Positions 23,423-35,186 of a stretch of DNA of 36,923 bases are shown in pieces. The stretch is from Macrostomum lignano (taxonomy: Eukaryota). Within the stretch, counting starts at the first letter, position 1, and every line of letters starts with the position of its first letter. The notes under the pieces are model-generated. The model made no database searches and was not told the origin of the DNA. It saw nothing but the letters and a program-made list of their open reading frames with translations. A program made the position numbers and the translations under genes. Location: assembly GCA_002269645.1 (NCBI GenBank), contig NIVC01004728.1, positions 1-36,923 of the forward strand, given 5' to 3'.

Positions 23423-25758
23423 GTGAATGCCGGATAGCTGGGGGAGTACCCACCACCGGGAAGGAAAAGAAAAGAAAACCGGGGCAACTACAGGTAAAGA
23501 CCGAAAAGTTGATCCGAAACACACACAAACACACAGACACAAAACTCACACACTTGCGGCGTCGAAGAAAACAAATTGAAAAACGGGTGGCTCCACATAA
23601 TTCCATTTAGGCAGTCCTAACGGCTTCACTCGGCAAAGCACACTGACTCAAACTGCGGCTACCACTACCAGTTGTCTATGGCACATCCTGACAGGGAAAA
23701 ATTGGCTATTCAGAGAGACTTGACCTTCATTTTGCGGCCATGCTAGGGAACCCAAATGCCGACCGTAAACGGACTTACGGCACCTGTACAAATTCTCCCT
23801 AGGGTTGCGCGCCGGACCCCATTTCCTTAAGAAAGCTACTACGAAGAAGCGTTGGCGCCTGGACCCAAAAACCCAAGTGGCGGGAGCAATCCCCATGGAG
23901 GTCCTCCCACTTTACTGCCCTTGCACAGCCGGAAAACCGTCGGAGTCCAGTGGGGCTTCCACCTCAGGACTACCAATCTTGTACACGCAGCTTCACAAAA
24001 GGCGGGAATCCAGCTCCCCTACGTCTAGCAGAATCCACAAAAACCAAGACCTCCCCCTTCTGTTCAGAGCGAAGGCGCGCAGCGGGAGTCCAGACTAAAC
24101 TGTCCCCGAAGTTTTCAGGTTAGGCGGATTACAAGCCTGAAACTCTCGCCCGCTTTCCTAGGATAAACAGACCTAAGTGAGTATCTTCCTGAAATGCTTG
24201 CCCCTCCGATACTCCACCTTTGCTGCAGCTCGAAATAGCATACTTGGGACCTTTATCTGATGGCGGAGAAAGTCCTACAGTTGTCAGCCTCTCCACTTTA
24301 CTGTACTTGAACGCCCGGTTCTACCAGGAGACAGCGGTACCTCCATCTAGGTTATTCCAAGTTGCCAGAGACGTCAACCCGTCTTATTGACCTTGCGGGG
24401 CACTGGGGTGGCACTCTATGTACCGGGGCTTTACATTAGGGGACTGCATGCAACCCTGCGTCTAAGCGCTTAGTGGGCTGCAGTGGCCAGAGGGGAAAAG
24501 AGTTGCGCAATAGCGCCTTCCTGGGCCAGGCTGACAAGTCGGGCAGGAGCGCCGTTCTACCGGGTCGGGCTGATTGGCACACCCACCTCCCCTATCAGAC
24601 TGACAGCAGGGGGGAGGAATTACTAAAGGAGGAGAATGCAGCAGGAAACATTACGAGATCACTGGGGCCACCAGACTTCCAGTACACCATTCCAATACTC
24701 ACTGAACTCCACTATCAATAGGATACTATGGGATCTACTATTTCCAGCCACTGCACCAGCCCAAATGCAACCAAAGCAGTTACTACCGGGTCTGCAATAC
24801 AGTGGGGAGAGTCAGCAGACACGTTGGGATCGAATCCCAGCCATGAAGGCACCAGGGGTTACCGCAGAATTCAGGTCCGGGCTGATCGCAGGTATTCCAT
24901 AGGAGGTGACACTTTTTTTAGCCCGAGATTTTTGAGTCACACTGATACCCTACAGAGATACAATCACACCGCTATTCCCATTCCTGCGAGACTTTGGTAT
25001 CCCCCAATGTTTCCAAGGCCATGACTACTGCTTCCCTTACTATGCATATATAGCGAGTTCCCCATAGCCCTTGATAGCTGTTCATTCTAATGGACAAACA
25101 AAACACGCTCCGGTCTCTACGCATTTCTAGGATTAACTGAGCGATCAGGGAGAGCGACTGTTACACTCCCCCGAGTAAAAGAAAGAGGTAGGACAAAGGA
25201 AAGAAATGCTTCGCTTCCAGCTTCCCTGTGCTTGCGTGATGAGGCTTCCGTACCTGGCTGGCTGTCCACCTCAACACTCACACAGTTCTGCTGTAGGCTA
25301 GGCGAGAGAAAGAAAGGGAGGGGAAATAAAGCATATTACCATGAAATAGAAAGTGAGTCCGGAAAATTCACTTTCGCAGTTCTTCACACACTCCGTTACC
25401 AGGTAGCTATTCTGATTGTAATCAAATCCGCTCGTCTACCACTTCACACTTTCTAGCGCTGAAACTGATCGGCTAAATTAATTTTAAATTGAATCAGGGG
25501 CTTTTGGCGAATGAATGAATTTGGAAATTTCGAATGAATTGAACGAATTCGCAGCCCGAAAAATTTGAAAAGTTACATTAATATTTTTGGATTTTGTTGC
25601 CTCACGCCATGGGAGAAGAGAATGACGATTGGCGATTTTTACGATTGGTAGATTTAGACATGGCACTCTTTGCGCTTCGGCCACCATTCTGAGGGATGCC
25701 ACAGGTGCGCTTGTCACATCTAAACCACCAGTCCGAAACTCAGCGCTGTTTGCACCAG

Positions 25759-25776
25759 ATCCCACCGCTGCCACCA
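25759..25776 (-). other. Primer binding site, tRNA-Leu (AAG/TAG type)
   Basis: TGGTGGCAGCGGTGGGAT, 3 nt from the 5' LTR, is the 18-nt complement of the known metazoan tRNA-Leu 3' end ATCCCACCGCTGCCA-CCA. Confidence 0.9.
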
Positions 25777-25779
25777 TTT

Positions 25780-27999
25780 TGATGTAACCGCCCTTGTCGC
25801 CTGTCCGCTCCGTAGAGAGACGAACGCATGGCTAGAGGGGGCAATGACCGTAGGCTGCCTATGACCGGGCAATGACCTGACGGACCTCCAGCACCAGACT
25901 GTCCCGCCCACATGATTAGTAGCTTTGGTAGCGCTTCGTGACCAGAGGGCCAAGGACCCACATGGACCCCACCTGTAGCCAAGGTGCAATAGTTGGTCAC
26001 TCGGTCATAGTATGACCGAGTGGCTGCCACCACTCTATGTGACCTGGCGCACCTGGATCTTTCTACCAGACCTCTCGAGGCTAGAGCCCCGCCTGGATTG
26101 GTTACCAGGGGATTTAGGCTAACAGGGGAGACGCATGCAGCCGAGTACAGGGACTCTGCTTGGGGCATGATCGGGAACTCTGGGCTCAATCCTGGAGGAT
26201 TTCTCAGCAGGGGATCCTTTGTGGCTGTGAGCGAGGCTGACTTGCGACTTTGATTACTAAGAGTAGTATGAGGCGAACATGTACTGTCTACAGTTTAGAT
26301 TGCTCAGGGCGAAGGGACGCGTTAGCATGGGGTTGCAACCTTCCTACTGCCATTCTGTGCCAAGACTCGCTAATCCCTCTACTGCACGCACACGCGGCCC
26401 CGCAGCACGCACTCACAGGCGGGCTTTGCACGGGGAGAGGCCATTAGCTTACCCAAACTTCCTTATGCTTTGCCACCCCGGGAGAAAGGCTTAGCAAGCC
26501 ATGAGTGAAATGATGGTGAAAGATTGAATAATGATGAAGTTAGTTAATAGTTAATAATTAGGCCCTTAGGCAAATAAGCAGGCAATTAGGCGCTTCACTA
26601 TTGAGTAAAATACAGCAAAAGATACGGTATCACAATTGGCTCAGCTCTCTAATCAGACAATGGAAAATAGGCAAACCCCGGATAAGCAAAGGCAATTAGA
26701 GCACAAATTAGTAGCAGGAACTTACCGGCAGCTGCACAGAGAGAGAGAGAGGCGGAGTGACCGAGGGCGGCTGTAGGCTGCAGTCAGGCAGACGGTGAAG
26801 CGGCGATGCGCTGGAGCGACGAGGCGCTGATGTAGATCAGGCGATGCTGATGATGCTGGGCGGTATCAGACCGCTGGCCGATAGGCGAGCTCACTTGGGG
26901 AGCTAAGGATAACTTGGCGGTAACAGACCGCGGACCGGCAGGGATTCGTCTTATAGACGAATGGGTCAGAACTCAATCTGACAGCAAGTCCAAAGAAGGA
27001 CGAGGAGAGGAACAGAGATAAACTCAGTTGAGTATTCTCATGCCGAAATCGCTTCCTTTTATAGACCTCACAGCCGCCTCCTCAAGGTCGTTACCATGGC
27101 TCCCTCTCTCTGATTGGCTGCCGGCAGAATGACGTCAGAATGAGTCATGATGAGAAGCATGAGACCGGCATAGCAACATGAGAAATCGGGAAATTGCGCA
27201 ATCCGGAGGTGGGGTGGGGGATAATTGGCGCAGCGGGTGGTCGCGAAAGTGTTGCGCAAGCAAACATTGAGAACAATAGGGCTGGGGTCGAGAACAAAGG
27301 AATTGGAAATCGGGGATAATTGGGGAAAACTGAGAACAATGGAAAAGTAAACATTGGAGAAAAGGTGATAATTAGGTGCGAAAACGAGAACAAAAGAAAG
27401 AGAAAATCGGAGAAAATGTGATAATTGGTGGGGGTCGAGAGAACAAAAGAAGCAAAAACGAAGAAAGAACAATAGAAGCGGAGGTGGGGTGGGTGTCACA
27501 TGAGAAATTTGGGAAGGAGAACAATAGCGTGAGAAAAGGTTGCGCAAGAGAGGGGGATGAGTCATCGATGAGTCACCGAGGGGGAGAAGGGGTCACACGA
27601 CTTGCGTCACCGTTTGGGAGTTTGAGAGGGGATGGGGAGACGGTGAGCACACAAAGTACTGTAAGTAGACACAGGGAAAGAGGGGACAGCGCAGGAAAAG
27701 AGTGCAGAGGGAGACAAAAAAAGGAGGAGGTAGAGAAAGTACAGGAAGAATAGGGCGGGAACAGAAGAGATAGGGTAGAGGGGGAGGTACAGAAAGGGGT
27801 AGGGGCTCCGGAAAGGCAGGTGTGGCGGCAGGAGAGACGGGACCAAGGCAGCAAGAGAGGTGCAGCAGAGCGGGAGTCTCCAGGCCCGGTCGGAGACCTG
27901 GCCGAGTCTCGACAGCTCTGTGCAGAGGGTGCACGGGATAGGAGGCACTTTCGAAAAAGTTCCCATGCCCTATCCCGCGACCAGAGCGTGGTTACATCA
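25780..27999 (-). repeat. 5' LTR (2220 bp)
   Basis: Adjacent to the PBS; direct repeat of 14862-17074. Confidence 0.97.
27056..27147 (-). promoter_or_regulatory. LTR U3 core promoter (duplicated at 16138-16229)
   Basis: TATAAAAG (27063-27056), CCAAT (27113-27117), CRE TGACGTCA (27130-27137), AP-1 TGAGTCA (27141-27147); two more TGAGTCA at 27558-27564 and 27569-27575. Confidence 0.65.
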
Positions 28000-28047
28000 A
28001 ACCTAAGACTTATCTTGCTAAGATAACTATATGGTGCCCGACCTGGG

Positions 28048-28620
28048 TGCGAACAAATTTGTTCGCTATGGATTCCCAAACCACTCAGTCAAATAAATAC
28101 AAAGTATCAAATGAGATGAATTTGCACCTTCAACTCTTCTATAACTAATTTTACGACGTATAACTAAAACTAAACTTCATTCGAAGTCCTAATCCTACTT
28201 CAATTTGACACAATCTGCAACTTTTTGACACAATTCTGTAAATTTTCTAGTCTCAATATTGGTCTTGTCTGAACGGTGCTATTCACTTTTAAATTTACTC
28301 TGTTTTCTTCTGCGAGACAACCACTTAACCTCCAGCTGTCTTCCTCGGTCTTGACTCTTAACAAAATGTCTCAACTCTGTAACTCAATAGGACGGAAACT
28401 GGAAGCATGTGAAGTTCATCTGCTTTTGCTTTAATTTTCGATTTGCTTCAAAATACTTCAATTTTTTACCTCCTATCTCTATCTTGAATGTTATTAGGCT
28501 TTTGTTTGAGTATGACTTTCAATTTCAGAATGCAGAATGCAAAAATAGTTCCGGGGATTGGGATTCAGCAGGTTTCAAGAGCTTGTATCTGCATATATGT
28601 ATAGTTCGGAGAAGCATTTA
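28048..28620 (+). mobile_element. Helitron-like repeat copy 2, remainder
   Basis: Blocks ttgttcgctatgga, caatttgacaca, ctgaacgg..ct.t.cacttttaaa, gtctcaactctgta and atttcagaat..caaaa.tagttcc align with 396-950 and 2795-2935. Confidence 0.6.
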
Positions 28621-28639
28621 AATCGTTTTGCCTCAGTGT

Positions 28640-28812
28640 AGCAATGTATGTACGAGCTATGTATGTATGCATTTGTGTGTAGGTATGTATGATTGTATAC
28701 GTGTGTGCCTGTGAGTACGAGCTTATTTAGGAATTTGTGTGCATGTATTGCATGTACATGTATGTACGAGCTATATATGTAGTACGGATGTGTGTGCATG
28801 AATTTATGCATG
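28640..28812 (+). repeat. Degenerate (TATG/TGTG) low-complexity tract with recurring tacgagct
   Basis: Visible alternating purine-pyrimidine repeats. Confidence 0.7.
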
Positions 28813-28954
28813 TCTTAATTTGCCTACTTTTGTCTATAGGCTGCGGCTGCATGCAGCAGATGGCAGATTTTCATATTGGATGCCTAGTCATTCAGGGACT
28901 CAGTTCGGTGCCATGAAATCTTTCTTAAGGACTCCGCTCACTAATAAATCTTAC

Positions 28955-29110
28955 CTGTCGTCGCCAATCTCTGCACCGGCGCCCGCTGCGTCGCTCCCTT
29001 CCCCGTTTGGCGAGTCGGGGACCGATGGCTGTGACGGCAAGCTCTGCTCCGCAGTGCTCAACGTCATTTCGATGTCCTGTAGGATTAACTCGGTCTCAAT
29101 GGCCGGTTCG
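28955..29110 (-). CDS. Internal exon of the minus-strand ankyrin gene (EPAIETELILQDIEM...GAEIGDD)
   Basis: Acceptor aatttcag (29111) and donor gtaaga (28954); phase agrees with donor gtgagt at 29361; open frame of 156 nt. Confidence 0.75.
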
Positions 29111-29361
29111 CTGAAATTGGCACAGGCTTAGTGTAGAAACCTAACCGCAACGCGTTACAATGTTCCAATGAACCCTATATTTCAACTTTGTGCATCTGTT
29201 CGAACCCTGATTTTTAAGTAACAGCTAGTGAAATTCACAGGCCATGGAACTCAGGGTTCCTGTTATGATGACGTTTTATAGCAGCCTTGCTCTGGCGCTT
29301 CAGTAGCTTATATGTACATATCTGCATCTGCTACGACTGCTCGCTGTTTCTCATTACTCAC

Positions 29362-32300
29362 CCGCCGCTGTCCTCGGGCAACTGGAGGCCTCTTCTCTGC
29401 ATCTCCAGTCTCACATCGGAACTGGCCCGGGATGACAGCTGTGCCAGCAGCCTCCTGCTGCTGTCGTCCCCCAGTCCCGCGCTCTCAGCGATCAGAGTCA
29501 CGCAGACCAGGCAGTCGCGGCAGACCGCCACCATCAGCGGAGTGACACCGTTGGAGTCCGTCACATCGAGACTGGCCCCGTGCTGCTGGAGAAGCTGGAG
29601 GATGTCGGACCTGCCTGCCAAAACCGCGAGATGCGCCGGCGTCCGGCCCTGTCTGTTGGCTTGTTTAGGATCGGCTCGTCCGTCGCTTAGCAGGAACTCG
29701 ACAACGTCTTTGAAGCCGCGGCGGCAGGCGTACATGAGCGCCGTGTTGCCCTGCTGATCCGCTTGGTCGAGCGGCAAGCCCTGTTCGCATGCAAACTTCA
29801 CAATGTTCAGCTGACCTTTCTTGTCAGCGCTAATACTGGCCAAGTGCACAATGTCTCTACCCTTCTCGCTCATGTGGCCAATGTTGCAGTCGTAGCCCTG
29901 GAGCAGCTTCAAGGACTCCAGATGGCCCCTGCTGGCGCTCTCGAGAACCGGCGTGTTCCCGTCACGATCCGCCAAGTCCAAGGGAGCATTATTCTCTCTG
30001 AGAAATCTGAGCACATGGGCATGATTAAAAGTGGCGGCAATTTGAGCCAAACTCCTCTGATGACCATCGCAATGCTCTTTCCAGTCGGTCATTTCAGAGG
30101 TCACTTTTTGGATCAAATGAAAGTTGCCGGATTCCACAGCCCAGCTAATGGTGCCCTTGGCAGTCGGCTCGTCATCAGCTATTAGCTGTGCACCTCGCTT
30201 GACCAGCCAGTCCGCGATGTGCTGGTGACCGCGCTGCACAGCCAGGTGAATGATGCAGTCGGGCAGCGCGGGATCTTCGGCGTTCTGGTGCAGAAAATTG
30301 GCGACCTCCTCGTGCCCGTTAAGCACTGCGAGCTGAAATGGCGTCAGTCCTTGGGCATTCCGCTTCCCAAAACAGTCGGGACAGGTCTCAAGAATGCGCT
30401 TGAGAATGTTTAAGTTTCCATGCATTGCGGCATAGTGAGCGCTGTTGCATTTATTGCTGCAGGTCGCAGCTTCTTTGAAGCCTTTTAGTAGCAGAAGTTT
30501 TAAACACTGAGAGGTTGCCAATGGCTGCGGCAAGTTGCAGGGCGACAGTGTGCCAGAAGGCTCAGCGGCATCTGTTGAGCAGCTATCTGGCAGTGATCGA
30601 ACAGCCACTGAACCAAGCTCAACTTGCTTTTCATCACTGCCACGTGCAGTGGTGTGCGGCCTTCAGAGTTTCTGATGTCCGTGCGGCAGTTCATGGCGAA
30701 CAGCTCGGCGGCCATGTCCAGTCTTCCTGTCATGAGTGCACAGTGGAACGCCGTGTTCCCCTGAGCATCCTGTTTGTCTACAATGTCAGCGAGGAAGGCG
30801 CATCTCGAGTTCTTTCTTAGAGACCGCAACAGTCGAATGTCCCAGGTTCGAACTGCGCAGTGGAGAATGGTTGCTCCCTCGTTGTCAATTTTTTCATCTA
30901 CATGTAAGTCTTTATCCAAAAGAAAGTCCAGATGCTTGATGTCCATGTGCTCAAAAATTTGCTCCATCTTGAGCACACTGGCTACGTGCCCCATGCTCAA
31001 TTGAGCTTCCTTTGCAGCCAGAATATCCATGATCTTCACTGAGTTCAGTGCCGCCGCCAATGAGTAAACTGACAGCCCGTGCTTGTTCTCGACGAGTGCG
31101 TCCGCCCCTCGATCAAGCAGAAGCGCGGCCGCCTTCTCGTTTCCGAATCGAATCGCGCTGAAAAGTGGCGTTTCACCTTCATTGTCTTTTAGGTCAATCA
31201 TTTCTGACAGACCCTTAGAAAGCAGAAATCGAATGATCTCCTTGCTTCCACCGGCAGCCGCAAAGTGAAGCGCGCTTTTGCCATCTTTATTGGTTGCTTT
31301 TATGTCCAGTCCGGGTGCTTTGATCAACTCATCCAGGGCTTTGATTGCGGCGTCTCTTGAAACGAATCCCGGTGGCAGAGCGGGTTTCGCGCTGGAATCC
31401 GGGACGTCATTCCCGTACATTTCGAGTGGGGGCATCAGTTTTTGCTGGTTATTTGATTGCTCCCTGGACTCAGGGTTTTGCAGCTTTGATGTGCATTTCT
31501 TGCCGCAAAGTATAACAAGGGCATTGTTGCCCTCCAGATTGACTTCCGATGCCCTGGCTCCAGCCTTAAGTAGCAGGGGAATCAGTCTTACGTGGCCATT
31601 TTTCACAGCAACAATCAGGGCGTTGTCGCCCAGCGAATTCTTGTAGTTCAGGTGCACTTCACGCTCAATCAGAAACTTCACTATGCCTTCGTTCCCATTG
31701 GCGCACGCGATAGTGAGGCAGTTTTCACGTGATTTTGTTCGACTTCTTAGGGAAACTCGGACATTAGCACTTTGCGTTTTCTTGAGAATTTCCAGACTTC
31801 CGGATTGACACGCCAGGTGAGCAACGGTGCGATCTTCGTGGTCCACTGTTTCATCGATTCTGCCATGGTTGCTCTGAAGGACATTCAGGATGGATTCGCA
31901 GCCAAGCCCAACGCTTAGCATGACAGGCGAAGTTCCAGAGTCATCCAGTGCATTTGGATCGCCAACCCCCTGATCGAAAATAAAGCGAATGGCCGCCCTC
32001 GTTCTTGCCCTGGACGGCATAGTGAGAACAGTTTTCAGTGCACAGTCGGGTAACAGAAAATGAGCACTTAATATTGTGCAGAAGCATCAGGAAACTCGCG
32101 GTCTTGCTTTTTCAGCCGCCAACATAACTGGAACAACGCCGTTCAAATCCGGCTGATTAAGTTTGGCGGCATTGTCGTGAAGAAGCTTTATCAGGCTCAA
32201 AGATCCTGACTGACAGGCGAAGTGAGCCGGCGTCTTGCCATCGTGATCAACTGCATTCACGTCGGCACCTTTCTTAATCAGGAACCTGGCCATGTCAAAC

Positions 32301-34397
32301 TTGTTGCTCGAGCAGGCCAGCATAAGTGGCGTGACGCCAGCGCTGTCCTCCTGGTCCATGACGCAGTCGAACAGGGACAGACACTGGACGATTTTCAGGT
32401 TGCCGCTCTTCACCGCCAAATGAACCGCGTTTTCGCCTCTGAAGTTTCGCTTATTGACGTCTGCACCAACTGACTTCAGGACAGTGACCAGCGATTCGCT
32501 GCCCTGAGCGGCGCTGATCAAAAATGGTGTCATGCCGTTCTGATCTTGAACATCAATTGCTGGCCTCATTTCCAGCAGATGCATGAGAGCATCGTTCTCC
32601 TTCTCCATTGACGCCAGGTGCACAGCAGTTTCCAGTGCATCGTTTGCCGCATGAATGTCGCATTGAGGCTGTCCGGTCAGAAACTCCAAAATAGCCAATG
32701 AATTTTTCGTGGCCTTCAGCGCCTCTAGAAGAAGAGAATTTCCGTCGTGGTCCACCGTCTGCAGATCGGCTCCTTTTTCATGCAAGTACTTGACGATGTC
32801 AAGCTCCCCTTTGGAAACAGCGTAATTCATAGCAGTTTTCCCGACTCTGTCCTTGTGGTCAATCGTACACATTTTCGACGGGCCTGTCAGGAGTTTTATA
32901 GCATCGAACGCACCATTCTGAACAGCGATGATCAGTGGCGTCATGCCGTTAATATCCGGCTCGTCGAGGCAAACTTTTCGTTGTAGGAGAAACTGCAGCA
33001 GCGCCACGTTGTTTTCTCTGACAGCGTAGAAGGCCACAGTGTGCCCGTGGTTGTCTTTTCTGTCAAGTCGGCATTTTTTGTCTGCTAAATAGCGAACCAT
33101 CGACAGCGATTTGTTCCGCGCGGCGCAAAGGATGGCCGTCTCTCCCAGCCGATCCGGGGTGTCCAGATTGGCGCCCCGCTCTCCGAGCAGCATCAGTATT
33201 TCTTCCTGCTTGCTGGCAGCCGCTCTCAGCGCCGGCGTTACGCCGCGAATATTTTGGACATTAATATTGCATTTCTGGTCAATTAGAAACTCCAGGGCTT
33301 GAATTGGACCTTTCTGGCTGACTGCCAATACAGGCGTCTCCTCGGTCCTAAGACCTGGCGTGTCAAGTTCAACGGCCTTGTCCGCGAGAAACTTCAGAAA
33401 CTCGAGCACATCGCTTTGCCTGAATGATGCCGCCATCAAGCTGAGCTCTCCCATCTTTCCATGCCCTTCCAGTGAACATTTTTGCTCGACTAGATACTTC
33501 AGCATCTCAATTGGGCCATGAGCAACTGCCAGCTGAGCAGGGGTGAAATTTTGCTCCGCTCGGTCGAAAATCGGAGCCTCCTTCTCTCGGAGAGCTCTAA
33601 GATTTCGAAATTCCCGGCTTGAATGGCCACCTTGATGCACTCTGTGTTTTGCTTCACATCGCATCCGTTGTCAAGCATGTACTTCACGGCATCGTAAAAA
33701 CCGCTCCGGATTGCGCAGCAAAGTGGGCTGTCTTCATCAGACGGAACTTTGCCATTGAAATTCACGTTAAAGTACTGCAGCATCTGCGTGTGGCCGCAGC
33801 GGGCCGCTTTGGATGCCAAGCTCAGTTTGGTAGCGTAGGATCCGTCACAACTTCTCTCTATCATAAAGCAGACCACATGGATCCAGTTTTTCTTCACAGC
33901 TTTTTCAAGAATGCCGGCTATGGGCTGTTCATCAAGCTGGTGGATGCACGATTGCTTGTCTTCTAACTTTTTAGCAATTTCAGTGTGGCCAAAGTACAGC
34001 GCGTAATACACAGCCGTCAGACCCTCGCTAGTCTTCTTTTTCACGTCAATTTCTTTGCCGAGAAGCTGGTCCACGATGATTTCACTGCCTACTTGAGCGG
34101 CACACATCAGGGAGTCAGACCCGCCTTGTCGCATTTGTCCAGATCTGCGCCCTTGTTGATCAGAGTGCCGACCAAGTCGTTGTGGCCGGCCAGGGCTGCC
34201 AGGTGCACTCCAGACTGGCCATCGTCATCTGTGCAGTTGACATCGATGCCTTTCTGCAGAGCTTTGTTCACTGAGTGCCAGTCTCCTGATAGGATTGCTG
34301 CAAAGAAGCTGCTCTTCTCCGCCTCTGCTTTCCGCTCAGCTTCCCGGCCGGTACTTGGCAGACACTGCTTGGCCGGCAGCAGAAACTTCTCTAGCAT
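29362..34397 (-). CDS. Large ankyrin-repeat protein (about 45 repeats, ~1680 aa in this exon), with several apparent single-base frameshifts
   Basis: Consecutive ORFs 34397-34107, 34134-33499, 33664-32087, 32020-30500 and 30608-29358 join into one ankyrin array after 1-bp corrections near 34110, 33592, 32105, 32003, 30590, 30540 and 30515. True start may lie upstream. Confidence 0.85.
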
Positions 34398-34485
34398 TTG
34401 GCGGCAATTTTTTTCTTATTGTCTTATTGACCTGTCGTTGTAACCAGAGTTGGGAGCTTTTAATAAATGTACCGATTTTTCAGTG

Positions 34486-35186
34486 TTCTCTCATGACCGC
34501 TTTAATTTCTCTCATGACCGCTTTAATTTCTCTCATGACCGCTTTAATTTCTCTCATGACCGTTTGATTTCTCTCATGACCGCATCAATCTATTTCATAA
34601 CCGCATCAATCTCTCTCATGACAGCATCAATCTCTCTCAGAACCGCATCAATCTATTTCATAACCGCATCAATCTCTCTAATGACAGCATCAATCTCTCT
34701 CAGAACCGCATCAATCTCTCTAATGGCTGCTGCATCAATCTCTCTCATGACAGCATCAATCTCTCTCATGACAGCATCAATCTCTCTCATGACAGCATCA
34801 ATCTCTCTCATGACAGCATCAATCTCTCTCAGAACCGCATCAATCTCTCTCATGACAGCATCAATCTCTCTCATGACAGCATCAATCTCTCTCAGAACCG
34901 CATCAATCTCTCTCATGACAGCATCAATCTCTCTCAGAACCGCATCAATCTCTCTCATGACAGCATCAATCTCTCTCATGACAGCATCAATCTCTTTCAT
35001 GACAGCATCAATCTCTCTCATGACAGCATCAATCTCTCTCAGAACCGCATCAATCTCTCTCATGACAGCATCAATCTCTCTCAGAACCGCATCAATCTCT
35101 CTCATGACAGCATCAATCTCTCTCATGACAGCATCAATCTCTCTCATAGACGCATCAGTCTCTCTCAGCACCACATCAAGCTCTCG
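34486..35186. repeat. 21-bp minisatellite, about 33 units (gacagcatcaatctctctcat)
   Basis: Tandem 21-mers with M/L-type variants and one 24-bp unit. Confidence 0.97.

Larger units (their letters stand above)
14862..27999 (-). mobile_element. LTR retrotransposon (Ty3/Gypsy-like), non-autonomous Gag-Pro type, 13138 bp
   Basis: Two near-identical LTRs with TGATGTAACC...GGTTACATCA ends; 4-bp TSD AACC (14858-14861, 28000-28003); PBS, PPT, gag and protease present; no RT/RNaseH/IN motifs seen. Confidence 0.95.
13791..28047. mobile_element. Non-autonomous CMC/EnSpm-like DNA transposon (~0.92 kb without nested inserts)
   Basis: ~33-bp TIRs CCCAGGTCGG(G)CACCATATAGT(A/T)ATCTTA at both ends. Many subterminal AATCTTA(C/G)TAAGATT-like repeats. 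Flanks CG / TG fit a 2-bp TSD with one change. Superfamily is inferred from CCC termini and subterminal repeats. Confidence 0.75.

Noticed and set aside
24824-24854. tRNA-like T-arm (gggatcgaatccc) ending in CACCA
   Set aside because: No matching acceptor stem, D-arm or A-box upstream.
34486-35186. CRISPR array (also considered for 6258-6364 and 20024-20323)
   Set aside because: Head-to-tail repeats or degenerate motifs without unique spacers, in eukaryotic context with no cas genes.
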